From Octopus bimaculoides (lineage: Eukaryota): a DNA stretch of 37,332 nucleotides. Each line of letters begins with the position of its first letter. Position 1 is the stretch's first letter. The stretch lies in the NCBI RefSeq assembly GCF_001194135.2, contig NC_068984.1, forward strand, positions 77,843,770 through 77,881,101, given 5' to 3'. The translations under genes and the position numbers were made by a program. Below the pieces are notes generated by a model. The model did not search any database and was not told where the DNA came from. It worked only from the letters and a program-made list of their open reading frames with translations. Positions 23,661 through 36,245 of this stretch are shown piece after piece.

Positions 23661-24477
23661 TGCATGTGTTTGTGATTGAGTCTTCGTGTATAAATACATT
23701 ATAATATAGTTGCTTAGTATAGTGTATTATAGTGCAGTACTAATGAAATATAGTATAACATAACATAATGTGTAGCAGTTTTGTGCAAGAAGTTGTTGTA
23801 AGCTGAAGCATATATTCGGAAGAGTGTTCGCTTTCAGAGCTCTGCATTATGAGTTCACATCTCACTGAGATTGACAACGCAGTTCTCTTCGCCTCATGGG
23901 GTCGACTAAATCGCTGCAGACGCCTATGTAGATAAACCTATGTCTCAGCTTCTAATATGATCGATCGGCAAGCTATAAATAAAGTACAAACCCCACTTAG
24001 ATTAAATTTAATCCTTTTTTAAAAAAACCTATTGTAGCATTAAATATACTAGATATAATACTATTTCTGTAAAAAAAAGAAAAAAAGAGATGGCCAGGTC
24101 ACTTCTGGAACGCTTATCATGTCATGGCACTCTGAGAAATTAATTTGTCCATTTTTTAAAAAAATGAATGTGGGTTGTACCTCAAGAGACGTAACTTACC
24201 GAAATATTGCAATATTTTATATATTAACTGTTTAATGTTCATTGTACGAGCCAGGCCGTCTGGCTTCTTTTTTAGGCTGGAATATTGATGATGTGATGAA
24301 GTTGTTGTTGTTGCTGTTACTGTCGTCGTCGTAGATGTGGTTTGAGTTGGGTTTTTTTTTTGTTTTCTTTTATGTTTTTTTTTCTGTAGTAGCTGCTGTT
24401 GTTGTTATTATTATTATTGCTGATGTTCATGTTGTCATTGTTAGTACTGTCGTTCTTCCTGTTAGCGTTATTGCTGC

Positions 24478-24655
24478 AAGGCGGTAAACTGGTGGCATGG
24501 TTACATCTTTACGGCACTTGTTCCGAATCTTCACACTCTGAGTTCAAATACCACCAAGGGGAACTTTGCCTTTCATCCACTCCAGATCAACGAAATAAAG
24601 TACCAACCAAATACTGAGGACGACGCCATCGACTAAACTTGTCCTTTCAAAATTA
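24478..24655 (+). mobile_element. SINE family A, degenerate
   Basis: aaggcggtaaactggtgg...ctctgagttcaaataccaccaaggggaactttgcctttcatcc...aaataaagtacc. Confidence 0.65.
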
Positions 24656-24729
24656 ATCATGTTTTATCTCAATCAGAAGCCAATGCTGTCATCGTTATTA
24701 TTATTGGTGCTATTATTATAGCTGATATT

Positions 24730-25435
24730 AAGGTGGAAAGCTGACAGAATCGTTAGTACGCCGGGGAAAATGTTTAGCGATATTTCATCCGTCCTTACGT
24801 TTTGAGTGTGGAGGTGCAATAGCCCAGTGGTTAGGGCAGCGGACACACGGTCATAGGATCGCTGTTTCGATTCCCAGACCGGGCGTTGTGAGTGTTTATT
24901 GAGCGAAAAAGCACCTAAAAGCTCCACGAGGCTCCGGCAGAGGATGGTGGCGAACCCTGCTGTACTCTTTCACCACAACTTTCTCTCACTCTTACTTCCT
25001 GTTTCTGTTGTGCCTGTAATTCAAAGGGTCCGCCTTGTCACACTCTGTGTCACGCTNNNNNNNNNNNNNNNNNNNNNNNNNNNNNNNNNNNNNNNNNNNN
25101 NNNNNNNNNNNNNNNNNNNNNNNNNNNNNNNNNNNNNNNNNNNNNNNNNNNNNNNNNNNNNNNNNNNNNNNNNNNNNNNNNNNNNNNNNNNNNNNNNNNN
25201 NNNNNNNNNNNNNNNNNNNNNNNNNNNNNNNNNNNNNNNNNNNNNNNNNNNNNNNNNNCTTATCGGTATTTCAACAGTCTTCAGGTTCTGAAGTGAAATT
25301 CCGCCAAGGCCGACTTTGCCTTTCATCCCTTCGGGTTCGATAAAATAAGTACCAGTTGAGCATTGGTGTCTATATAATCGACTTACCTCTTCCCCCAAAA
25401 TTTCTGTCCTTGTGCCAAAATTCCAAATCATTATT
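24730..25435 (+). mobile_element. SINE family A interrupted by a family-C SINE and a gap
   Basis: Head aaggtggaaagctgacagaatcgttagtacgccgggg (24730-24807); family-A body and tail after the gap (25259-25435). Confidence 0.7.
24810..25056 (+). mobile_element. SINE family C (truncated by gap)
   Basis: Highly similar to 3899-4140. Confidence 0.9.
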
Positions 25436-25461
25436 ATAGCCGATTTGCTCTTTATGTAGTC

Positions 25462-25928
25462 AGGCGTAGGAGTGGCTGTGTGGTAAGTAGCTTGCTTACG
25501 AACCACATAGTTCCGGGTTCAGTCCCACTGTGTGGCACCAAGGGCAAGTGTCTTCTATTATAGCCTCGGGCCGACCAAGGCTTTATGAGTGGATTTGGTA
25601 GACGGAAACTGAAAGAAGCCCGTCGTATATATATGTATATATATGTATGTGCGTGTGTATATGTTTGTGCGTCTGTGTTTGCCGCCCACCCCCAACATCG
25701 CTTGACAACCGATGCTGGTGTGTTTAAGTCCCCGTAACTTAGCGGTTCGGCAAAAGAGAATGATAGAATAAGTACTAGGCTTACAAAGAATAAGTCCTGG
25801 GGTCGATTTGCTCGACTAANNNNNNNNNNTACAAAGAATAAGTCCTGGGGTCGATTTGCTCGACTAAAAGGCGGTGCTCCAGCATGGCCACAGTCAAATG
25901 ACTGAAACAAGTAAAAGAGTAAGAGAGA
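25462..25928 (+). mobile_element. SINE family B, full length
   Basis: ggcgtaggagtggctgtgtggtaagtagcttgc...gggttcagtccc...ggcaagtgtcttctattatagcctcgggccgacc...gactgaaacaagtaaaagagt. Confidence 0.9.
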
Positions 25929-26227
25929 GTCCATCCCTTTTCCTCTCAAGGTTAACTTTGCTTTTCATCTCACCGTAGTCGATGAAGTAAGGTACTAGTA
26001 AAATAATGAAGTCCATTTAATCGATGTGCATTTCCTTGGTGTTATTGTAGTTGTTTTTTGCAATTGTTCATAGTGTTGTTGTTTCTGTTAATGTTACTGT
26101 CTCAGCGGGGCAGTTGATAGGAAGAGTCATTAATGCATTGGACAAAATGCGAAACGGTGCTCCATCTGGTTCTTTATATTTTGAGATGAAATCCTGCCGA
26201 AGTCAGCCAGCTTTGCCTTCATCCTTC

Positions 26228-26432
26228 AGCAAATTGGCAGAATCGATAGCACGTCAGAAAAATGCTTCGTGGCATTTTTTTTTTTTTTCTGGCTCTTTAC
26301 GTTCTGAGTTCAAATCTTGCTGAGGTCCTCTTTGCCTTTCGCCAGTTATTGGCCGATAGAATAAAGTACAAGACAAGTACTGGGATCGATATGATCGACT
26401 TGTCCCCTCCCGTTAAAATTGCTGGCCTTGAA
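26228..26432 (+). mobile_element. SINE family A
   Basis: attggcagaatcgatagcacg...gttctgagttcaaatcttgctgaggtc...aaaattgctggccttg. Confidence 0.75.
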
Positions 26433-26460
26433 CTCTGTAACGGACCGGCGTCCTGTTCAA

Positions 26461-26543
26461 GGTGCCCAAGGTGCCATGCAGTGGGACTGAACCCGGAACC
26501 ATGTCGTTAGGAAGCAAGCTTCTTACCATACAATCACGCCTAC
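26461..26543 (-). mobile_element. SINE family B head
   Basis: Reverse complement gtaggcgtgattgtatggtaagaagcttgcttcc...gggttcagtcccactgcatggcaccttgggc. Confidence 0.8.
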
Positions 26544-26550
26544 CCACACA

Positions 26551-26865
<315 letters not shown>

Positions 26866-26883
26866 ACAAGAATATTATATATA

Positions 26884-27410
26884 CGGATAAGCCAAAAAGT
26901 AATGCAATTTTTGTCACACATTTTCAATGAAATCATTTGATTTTTGGTACAGATGGAAAGACATGTATACTCCTGATCTCTGATTCTCTTTTTTTTTTTT
27001 TTCTTTTCATATTTATGCATAAATGATCTGATATCCAAATGGCTGCCCTGATGGGAGTCCATCAGAAGTAAAGCGCAGTAATTGAGTTCTTTACTGCCGA
27101 AAGAGAGATTCCTGTGAACATTCACAAATGACTGAAAAATATTTACGAACATAAATGTATGGAGACGGGCTTGCAGTGTAAATGAGAATTCAACACATCA
27201 AAAAAGAACTGGGAAATTCAAGCTCAGCAGACATGCTGCATAACGGCCACCCGACAACTTCTTCAACCCTGTCAATAAGGGGAAAAGTAGACGCTTTTAT
27301 TAGAGCTGACAGGCGCATAACCGTTGATTAGCTGGCATCAGAGGCTGGAGTTAGCCATAGTAGTGTTCTGAACAATAAAATAAATTGCATTACTTTTTCA
27401 CTCCTCCACG
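26884..27410 (+). mobile_element. Non-autonomous mariner derivative (TIRs + transposase N-terminal remnant)
   Basis: Inverted ends share aaaaagtaatgcaattt. From ATG 27039, decayed K*SAVIEFFTAE..PVNIHK*LKNIY and GHPTT...VDAFIRADRRITVD*LA, typical of mariner HTH domains. Confidence 0.8.
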
Positions 27411-27422
27411 TGTGTGTTGTGG

Positions 27423-27453
<31 letters not shown>

Positions 27454-27590
27454 ATTTAGAGAAAAGAACCACAGTTCCTGAACTCATCCAAGAAAATCCA
27501 CTGTCACATATTTTAATTTTTGATAAATTAAATTAAATTGAGTTTTTACCCATAAATTTGGATTTTTATCCCTAATATTATTATTATTAG

Positions 27591-27628
<38 letters not shown>

Positions 27629-27927
27629 CTGGTGCTACAATAAGGAACGATAGACTACTCAGCACTGCTATTACAATTGCTACAACCATCGCGAACCACT
27701 AACTACCAAGGAAGGGCAATAACGGCTACAACGTAAATTTTATTAGATAAGCGAATGCATTTTCAAAATGCTATCGTAAATGATTAGTTTAATTCAAGTC
27801 ATTTACATACTTTCTTATTGCATGATTATACCATCTCAAGAATTGAAACCGATAGTATCTTTTGATTAAAAATGGAAACACTTTCACCTTTTCATCCTGA
27901 TAAAATCTTCAAAGCATTCTCTCGTTA

Positions 27928-28748
27928 CAAAGTAATCCATCACCGTATCGCATTTCCCCTGTCGCGGTTCAACAACCGCGGTTTATTATTTAAGCTTAAG
28001 TCGATTCCTCCGTGGTGTTGTTTTGCGTTTATAATAAAATAAATGCATACAAATTATAAAAATAATAAAAAATATACAAAACAAAACATCTCGAGGATTG
28101 AATCACCCCAGAAGGCACTTACTAAACGAATTGAAGGCATGACTGATCTCGATTACTGGGACCGCCTTAAAGCCTTGAAACTCTACTCTCACCAGCGCCG
28201 CCGCGAGCGGTACATCATTTGTACGATGTAGAGAATATACTGCCAGCATTGCCCAAACGATCTGAACATTAGTTTCAAGGTTCATCCAAGGCTGGGACCA
28301 CAGGCCATACATCCCCTGACCAATTCAGGATCACAACATATAGGTACACTGCGACATAATTTCTTTTCCTCAACAGGCCCTACCTTGTTTAACATTATCC
28401 CAAAACTGATCAAAGAGGAAAAGGATCCCATCACCTTTAAACGATGTCTGGACAGATTTCTTTAAGGAATGCCAGATAAGCCACCCAAACCTGGATACAA
28501 CTCACTCAACAAGAACCCACCACTTGAATGGATCATAAACAAAACTTGACTTAAAAAGGATTTAGATAATCCTATCAGGTGGTGCTGTTAAATTAGACAT
28601 GGCCTGGACCAAACTTTGGTCGAAACATATCTAAGTTTTATCTAAGTTTTATCTAAGTTTTATACAATACCTTACGGTTTCTACTTCGCAGATTTTCACC
28701 TATCGCGGGGGTGGTTTGGAACTTAATACGTGCGATAGTCGAGGGATT
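27928..28748. mobile_element. pogo/Tigger-like MITE split by a CR1 insertion
   Basis: Left end TA|caaagtaatccatc...atcgc; right end ...cacctatcgcggggg...gcgatagtcgagggatt followed by (TA)n. Family resemblance from recall; imperfect TIRs. Confidence 0.45.
28080..28660 (+). mobile_element. CR1-clade LINE 3' end with tandem-repeat tail
   Basis: QNISRIESPQKALTKRIEGMTDLDYWDRLKALKLYSHQRRRERYII (ORF 28043-28231), then GPTLFNIIPK..K...FKRCLDRFL. Tail (ATCTAAGTTTT)x3 at 28629-28661. Candidate TSD tatacaa at 28073-79 and 28661-67. Confidence 0.85.
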
Positions 28749-28797
28749 TATATATATATATGTATATTTGAAGATAAGCAACAAAAATTCAATAGGT

Positions 28798-28889
28798 TAT
28801 AGCAGTACGCACGTTTCGTACAAGCTCCATTTATTCATGTAGTGAGAACACCACAGAATGTACAATGAAAATGTACTCCTCAGCTGCAT
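28798..28889 (-). ncRNA. Type I minimal hammerhead ribozyme motif (minus-strand mirror copy)
   Basis: Mirror of the plus copy, with one difference inside helix II. Core at 28883-28877; predicted cleavage 28806/28805. Confidence 0.75.
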
Positions 28890-28903
28890 AATGGAATTTC
28901 ATT

Positions 28904-28995
28904 ATGCAGCTGAGGAGTACATTTTCATTGTACATTCTGTGGTGTTCTCACAACATGAATAAATGGAGCTTGTACGAAACGTGCGTACTGCTATA
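28904..28995 (+). ncRNA. Type I minimal hammerhead ribozyme motif (plus-strand copy)
   Basis: Helix I GCAG (28906-09) / CTGC (28988-91); core CTGAGGA (28910-16); helix II closed by GTACA (28917-21) / TGTAC (28971-75); GAAA (28976-79); helix III C-GTGC-G; GUA triplet, predicted cleavage 28987/28988. Confidence 0.75.
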
Positions 28996-29419
28996 ACCTA
29001 TTGAATTTTTGTTGCTTATCTTCAAATTTTATTCACCAAATCTCTTGATTTTGTTTTTGGTTTTTATCCTACCAAATTCTGGTGCCTCAAACATTTTAAG
29101 TACCACATTTAATCTTTTGATTAAATCTATATTATTATATATATGTATATATATATATGTATATGTGCAGGCATTATATATTTATAATATCTACATAGGT
29201 GTATGTGTGTAGACATTATAAAGATATGCGTGCGTTTATATGTATGTCTATACACGTCTACCGACATACATGCGTCTCTATATATCCTGTCAACCACTCA
29301 TCAATCTATTGTTGCCCTTTCATTATTTATTTCTGTAAATAAAAGCCAATAAATTCGCAATATAACTGAATTTTCCGATACCATCTACACAGCTACTAAT
29401 AATACTACTGTTTGATCGG

Positions 29420-30660
29420 ATTTCCTCTGGGTCTCCAAAACAAAACACTCAACAAAATAGCAGCGATGATAACAACAACAACAACAACAACAATAATATC
29501 ATAGCAGCAACCATAATATTTGTGTAAATTTTCCATCCCAGTTGAACAGGGTTCATCTACAGCATCATAATCATCACAGCCAAACGCCAATACTTCTAAT
29601 AGCACAACACAAAGAGCAGCTACTAACTCCACAAGAAGCATCACAACTAAAGCTACATCACAAATACAAACGCCACAGCCACGAAATCCACAGCAAACAC
29701 TACAACTTAAACCAATACAACTAGCATTACGACAACCACCCATACCACAATCAACACCAATGCAACCATCAACATCACTACTTATAACAACGACCAATAA
29801 CTGGTACCACAACAAGGAATGCTATGACCAACACCAGTATCACAACCGGTACCAATATCATAAACAACGTCACCACCCTAACCACCAACACCACAACTAC
29901 AAACCTCACAGCCATAAACGGCACATCAGATACCACAATCTAAAACCAACAACGCCACAGTTAACACTATCGTGGCCATCAATACTTATACCAAGGCACC
30001 TGCCAAAACAAACAACACTACCACATCTTTAAATCCACAACCACAAACACCACAATTACCAACAACTCTAATAACACCACAACCACCCCTAACGCTAAAT
30101 AACAGCAACAACACCACAACCACCAGCTTTTAAACCAGAAGCAACACCAATATCGCTGAGATTACAACCACCAACACTGCAACTAATATAGCCACCATCA
30201 CTACTATTACCAACACCACAACCACCACCAGCTCCACAAAAAATACTAGCACCACAGTCACCAACGCCACAACAGTCAACATTACAACTCACATAATCAC
30301 CAATACGACTATCACCAGCAGCACACCACCACCACCACCACCACCACCACCACCACCTTTATCGTCAACATCAAAACTACCACCATTATCACCACAACTA
30401 CCGCCACCACCACCACCATCGTCACCATCGTCGTCATCATCACAACCACAACTACCGCCGTTACTACAACCACCAGCTTCACAATCAATACCAACACCAG
30501 CATCGCTGACACCACAACCGCCAAAACTACAACTAACATAGCCATCAATACCATTATCACTAACACCACCACAACCACTACTACCACCACCATAATCTCC
30601 ACCACCACCATAATTTCCATCACCACCACCACCACCACAACAGTCAACAACAATAACAAC
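29420..30660. repeat. Degenerate (ACC/ACA/AAC/ATC) trinucleotide low-complexity tract
   Basis: C/A-rich triplet periodicity. The Thr-rich frame shifts and is interrupted by stops (e.g. 30131, 30247). Confidence 0.85.
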
Positions 30661-30959
30661 ACTAATGAATACATCGGGTCTTTAATGATATTTCCCTTCT
30701 GGCCTGGCGTTGCTGTCATTTTTCTCACATAGTGGAAGAAAGCTGGCTCATCAAAGGAACTGTGATAATATTCCAACATCATTTTGTCCCCCTTTTCACT
30801 GTTCTCCACCGAATCACATTATTGATTGGATGAGCAACATTAATATTCTCAGCTTCGACCCGTTCATTTTGTACCAATTTGTTCACATTTGCCCGATCTC
30901 GGCTTATTGGTCAACGCAATGCTTCCATTCATACATGTATCACGCTTCGTCGGTCTATT

Positions 30960-32220
<1,261 letters not shown>

Positions 32221-32239
32221 CAAGATATACTCTAGAAGT

Positions 32240-32943
32240 TTTCACACTTTATCAAGAGAGACATTTATTAATTTCAAAGAAGGACAAATGTCTAATCTTC
32301 TTCAAAGTAGCATCCTTTAACTTCAATGAACTTCTAGCGCTCCAGCCACTTCGACCTTTGTTACAGCCTCCTTCATCTTCTTCAGCTTGCTAGACAATCA
32401 AGTCACATGAAGTAAGGTCTGGTCTGCAGAGAGGATGGAGAACATTTCTGATGCCCAAATAGTTGGTTGCCAGGATAGAATTGTGGTCTACTGCATTGTC
32501 CAAGTGCAGGTCCTCTGGTCTTCTATGATGAAATTTCTTCCTGAATTCCCTCAAAATGTCCCCCAAAATACTCTTTAATAGTCTGGCCAGAGGAAGCCCA
32601 GTGGATGTAGATGACACTCTTTGTGTCGAAAAAGAGGATCATGAACGTCCTTGTGGGCTAGTTTTGCGTGGTCTCTCGTGCCAGCGAAAGACAGATGCTT
32701 GGTTGAAAAAAGTTAATCCACAGTCTGGAGAATTTCATAAATTTCTATGGCGTTTTAACCCAATTCAACACAAAACTTTATTTCATAGTGAGCTTCCAAA
32801 TTGCCTTCACCTTCTGATTGTATTCTGAAAACAATCAGCAGTGACAAGCAGTGTTTAGTAGGGAGTGTGTTCAAAGTGCTGTTACAGCCGTCTCCTTCAA
32901 TCTGGAATAACAAACGTTGTCAGTCCATTTTATCAGATGTGTA
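32240..32943 (-). mobile_element. Decayed mariner (DD34D-type) transposase with internal deletion
   Basis: N-terminal HYEIKFCVELG*NAIEIYEILQ...ASVFRWHER. C-terminal ORF 32390-32617 LHLDNAVDHNSILATNYLGIRNVLHPLCRPDLTSCD resembles the HDNA..H and HPPYSPDLAP.D motifs. Confidence 0.85.
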
Positions 32944-33023
32944 GTAATATTATATTAAAATTACAATAATCTAGGACACTTATAACTGCCTCTCCTAAAA
33001 AGTAAATTCGTATATGAGGAGAT

Positions 33024-33025
<2 letters not shown>

Positions 33026-33070
<45 letters not shown>
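33026..33070. repeat. (GATA)n microsatellite
   Basis: Direct reading. Confidence 0.95.
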
Positions 33071-33072
<2 letters not shown>

Positions 33073-33479
33073 GTACAAATATATGTATGACCCTGTGTGT
33101 ATGTTTATGTAAAAGAGTATGCAGAATTTTAAAGGAATATGCTGACGTAAATATGTGCGCATATATATGTATATATATGGGTATATGTGTACGTTCATGT
33201 ATGTATACATGCATCAGACTGTATATGCGAGTGTGTCTAAGTATCACAGTGATTGTGTATATGTGCGTATATGTGCTACAGTGTAACTGTGTATGTGTAC
33301 ATATATGTGTGTGTGCGTATGTGTGTGTGTGCGTCTATGTGTTTGTGTCTGTGCCTGTGTGTAATGTGGGCGCATGTGGTGTTTGTGTATGTGTGTGTTT
33401 GCGTATGGGTGTGTGTGTGTTTACGTAAAGATGAGTGTGTGTGTGCGTGTCTGTGTGTAAGTGTGTGTATGTGTGTGTA

Positions 33480-34670
33480 TGATACGCGGATTAAAGTACA
33501 GCGGGTTAGAAAATATGAAAAAGAAGTAAATTCTGTAGACAGAACAATTTTTCGAAACATTTGCAAAAGACTTTTACAGAGAACTATAGAAACAGGCCAT
33601 AGAAATGAAGGATTCAACCAATATTAAGTTGAAGAATTTTGGTAGAACATGCAAAAGCATATAACGAGGAATCAAGTTCGATTAGCAGAGAAAATGGAAG
33701 GGTGAAAAATGTGAAACAGCAACAGAGTTTGAAGTGGCAGAATTAAAGCAGATCCTTAGCAAAACATAAAAATGGAACATGCAATATGGTCTCAATGTTA
33801 TCAACTAGAAATTCTCACCGCCAACAAAATGTACCACACTAAGGCAGATGTCGACTATCTCTACCTGTCGAGGAAAGGTGGAACAGGACTAATTTAATTT
33901 GAATTATCCAATAAAACAGCCACAATTGCCCTGCAAACATATTTACACAAATTCGGAGATTGTATGATATTAGTAAAAGACTGCCGCACCGAAAGATGCA
34001 GGGAAATACAGAAGAGAACTAAGAGTCAATAACATACATATTGCAATTGTGGTTTACTCATTACCAACTAAGGCGGCAAGAATCCATAGAATTAAAACAA
34101 ACTCTAAATTCTTTAAAGCTCTGAAAGAGAGATGGCAGCAAAAACCTCTGCGCGATCAACACCAACTCCGCATTCAAGACGCTGATGTTGACCAGCCAAA
34201 AATCCATCAGTGGATTTAACCATGACTACATGGTTAAAAGCCAGAACTAAGAGATACATGTGAGACTCATCTATGTTGCCCCAAAACAATTTTTTCTCAC
34301 AAGAAATTACCAAGGAAACATCCTCAGAATGGGGCAGACCCAAAATGCAGAAGTCTAGACAACATAATGTATAGTTAACATTGCAACTTAATTCCAATTG
34401 AATATAATGCTAGGTATGATCGAGTTGGTCAATATATTTAGTCACTATGCAAACAATACGGTGCAGAACATGCTAAAAATGGATTTGAACAGCATCCCCT
34501 ATTTTTAATCGAAGCAACAGAAACAACAATTTTATGGGATTTTTCAGTCCACACAGACTGCACCATAATTGACAAGCGGCCTGATATTATCGTTAAAGAT
34601 TTTAAAAATAAGACATCCCCACTCATTGGGATGGCTATACCCCCTGACAAAAATGTATCAACAAAGGAGT
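33480..34670 (+). mobile_element. R4/Dong-clade LINE, 5' part of a split copy
   Basis: KADVDYLYLSRKG, ADVDQPK, YDRVGQYI, ILWDFSVHTDCTIIDKRPDIIVKDFKNK..LIGMAIPPDKNVSTKE (RLE catalytic region). Confidence 0.85.
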
Positions 34671-36037
34671 GGGGAGACCGGGTCTAGTTACACAGGTAAG
34701 TTGTTACAAGCCCATTGTTTCCAACCTCAAAAAATAGGTGGTACTCGGGTCTCTACCTCGTGAAGGCCAACTCCATAGCATCATGACTGCACATGTGTAT
34801 TGCACTGGCGGGCTGTCACCAGGAAAGGTATGGCTCAAAAAACGATATTTTACTCCAAAAGTGAAATTTCGCCACAAAGTTATTTCCTTAACCACTAAAG
34901 CACAAGTGGTGTTACTGAAGTAGTTTGTGGCTCATTAGGAAGTGTTGGAAGTTGCCTTTGATACATGAAGATGTGTCCTTGATGCCATGCATTGCTAGTG
35001 CTGTGTACGAGGTAATCCTCAGAAATGCATGGTCGGGGCTAATGGTTACAATGTATCAACTTTCCCAAGGCATGTAACAATTTATCCCTTCTATTTCAGT
35101 TTAACACACCATGCCTAGAAATTACAAAAGAGGACTACAAGGGGGGATACCCCTCTTGATGTCATGGAAAGAGCCTCCAGAAAAGTTGTGGATGAAAAGA
35201 AATCATTACGGGATGTTACCAAAGATTTCGAGGCAGGTTTCAAGCTCATTAGATATGAAGTTACCGGTATCCCTTAGTGCAATATGTTAACAGAATGTTT
35301 ACAGAACGTATGAAACAGATGTTAACAGAACGTTTTAAGATGTTAACAGAACGTCGGCTGTACCAAAAAACAAACCTTCAACTTCTTTAAGTCAACTAAA
35401 ACAGGTAAAGGCAAAGGGAAGCAGCCTCGCAGCAAGCAAGTCGCCGATTGGAAATGCCTTGTCTGCTCAGACTGGTATTCCAACTCCCTTCCACGTGAAG
35501 AATGGGTGCAATGTATGATCTGTAAAGACTGAGCACACACTGTCTGTACCGACGGACGACAGGAATTACTGTGTGCTCTGTGTGATGAGAAGTTAATGGA
35601 GGACGATTCCAACTAGATGGTACATGTAACAATGGGGAAATTAGCTGATGAGGACTTCAGTATCACAGTTAGGGTATGAAGTGTTTCAAAGCACAGTTAA
35701 TTAATTAAAATAATACTTCCTAGACGCAAGAAGCAGGAGACGTATTCATTTTAAACTTGTTTGTTAACATAATCCCGAGTTATCGACAGTTGTAACAACG
35801 TACCCCAGTAAGTGTCACAATGTACCCCGCACTCGGGGGAAATTGTTACAGCTGACACCGCTTTATTAATTAGAACCTGTCTAATTAATGTTATGTAATT
35901 TCTGTTTTTTGCTGGTGATAACAATAAATAGAGATGTTTTACTAATTAAATCTGAAAAGAAACGTCAACCGTGTTCATTTATGTGGGTGCCAAGGCAAAA
36001 AAAAATTTTTAATGTAACAACTAGACCCGGTCTACCC
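34671..36037 (+). mobile_element. pogo-like (Tc1/mariner superfamily) deletion derivative: HTH N-terminus + PHD finger C-terminus
   Basis: 19-bp TIRs ggggagaccgggtctagtt / aactagacccggtctaccc (1 mismatch), TA on the right flank. MPRNYKR.TTRGDTPLDVMERASRKVVDEKKSLRDVTKDF from ATG 35111. C4HC3 motif CLVC..EEWVQCMICKD*AHTVC..CALC at 35455-35583. No DDE core recognised. Confidence 0.8.
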
Positions 36038-36245
36038 TATGATAAATTTGCTATGTACAAAGACCAAGAAATCGAGACTTGCAGAATGTGTTACTTGAAA
36101 ACACAAACAGCTTCAGTTGCAACAGGTGTGTTTGGAGTTGTAAGAATAGCGAAAATGAGTTTCTTGAAAACTTCCCTCGTAAACATCAACATTCGTGAAA
36201 TTCAAAAAAACATTTTCACATTTTGCATAAATGATTATCTTGGTA
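36038..36245 (+). mobile_element. R4/Dong-clade LINE, 3' continuation of the split copy
   Basis: YDKFAMYKDQEIETCRMCYLKTQTASVATGVFGVV...EIQK continues the RLE motif after KNVSTKE and parallels 2260-2370. Confidence 0.8.

Larger units (their letters stand above)
5276..25829. other. Assembly gaps: 5276-5551, 7741-8450, 12044-12174, 16115-16124, 16662-17267, 18248-18347, 19261-20039, 20727-20736, 21380-21901, 25057-25258, 25820-25829
   Basis: Runs of N, mostly bordered by microsatellites or SINEs. Confidence 0.99.
28766..29027. repeat. Spacerless 262-bp palindrome (131-bp arms, 2 mismatches)
   Basis: Base-by-base comparison of the arms. Centre between 28896 and 28897; mismatches at 28894/28899 and cactac/cacaac. 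Confidence 0.97.

Noticed and set aside
5214-25506. Long ORFs spanning N runs (e.g. 7541-8653, 16594-17415, 19169-20161, 21261-21911)
   Set aside because: Length comes from untranslatable N gaps plus microsatellite flanks.
28605-28632. Hairpin followed by GAAAC at the CR1 3' end
   Set aside because: No CUGANGA upstream; explained as the LINE 3' stem-loop.
28629-28661. Direct repeats suggestive of a CRISPR-like array
   Set aside because: No spacers; it is a LINE tail in eukaryotic DNA.
30312-30809. Minus-strand ORF MENSEKGDKMMLEYY... with a poly-Val tail
   Set aside because: The tail is the antisense of the ACC tract, the start codon is a non-ATG GTG, and the N-terminus is not recognised.
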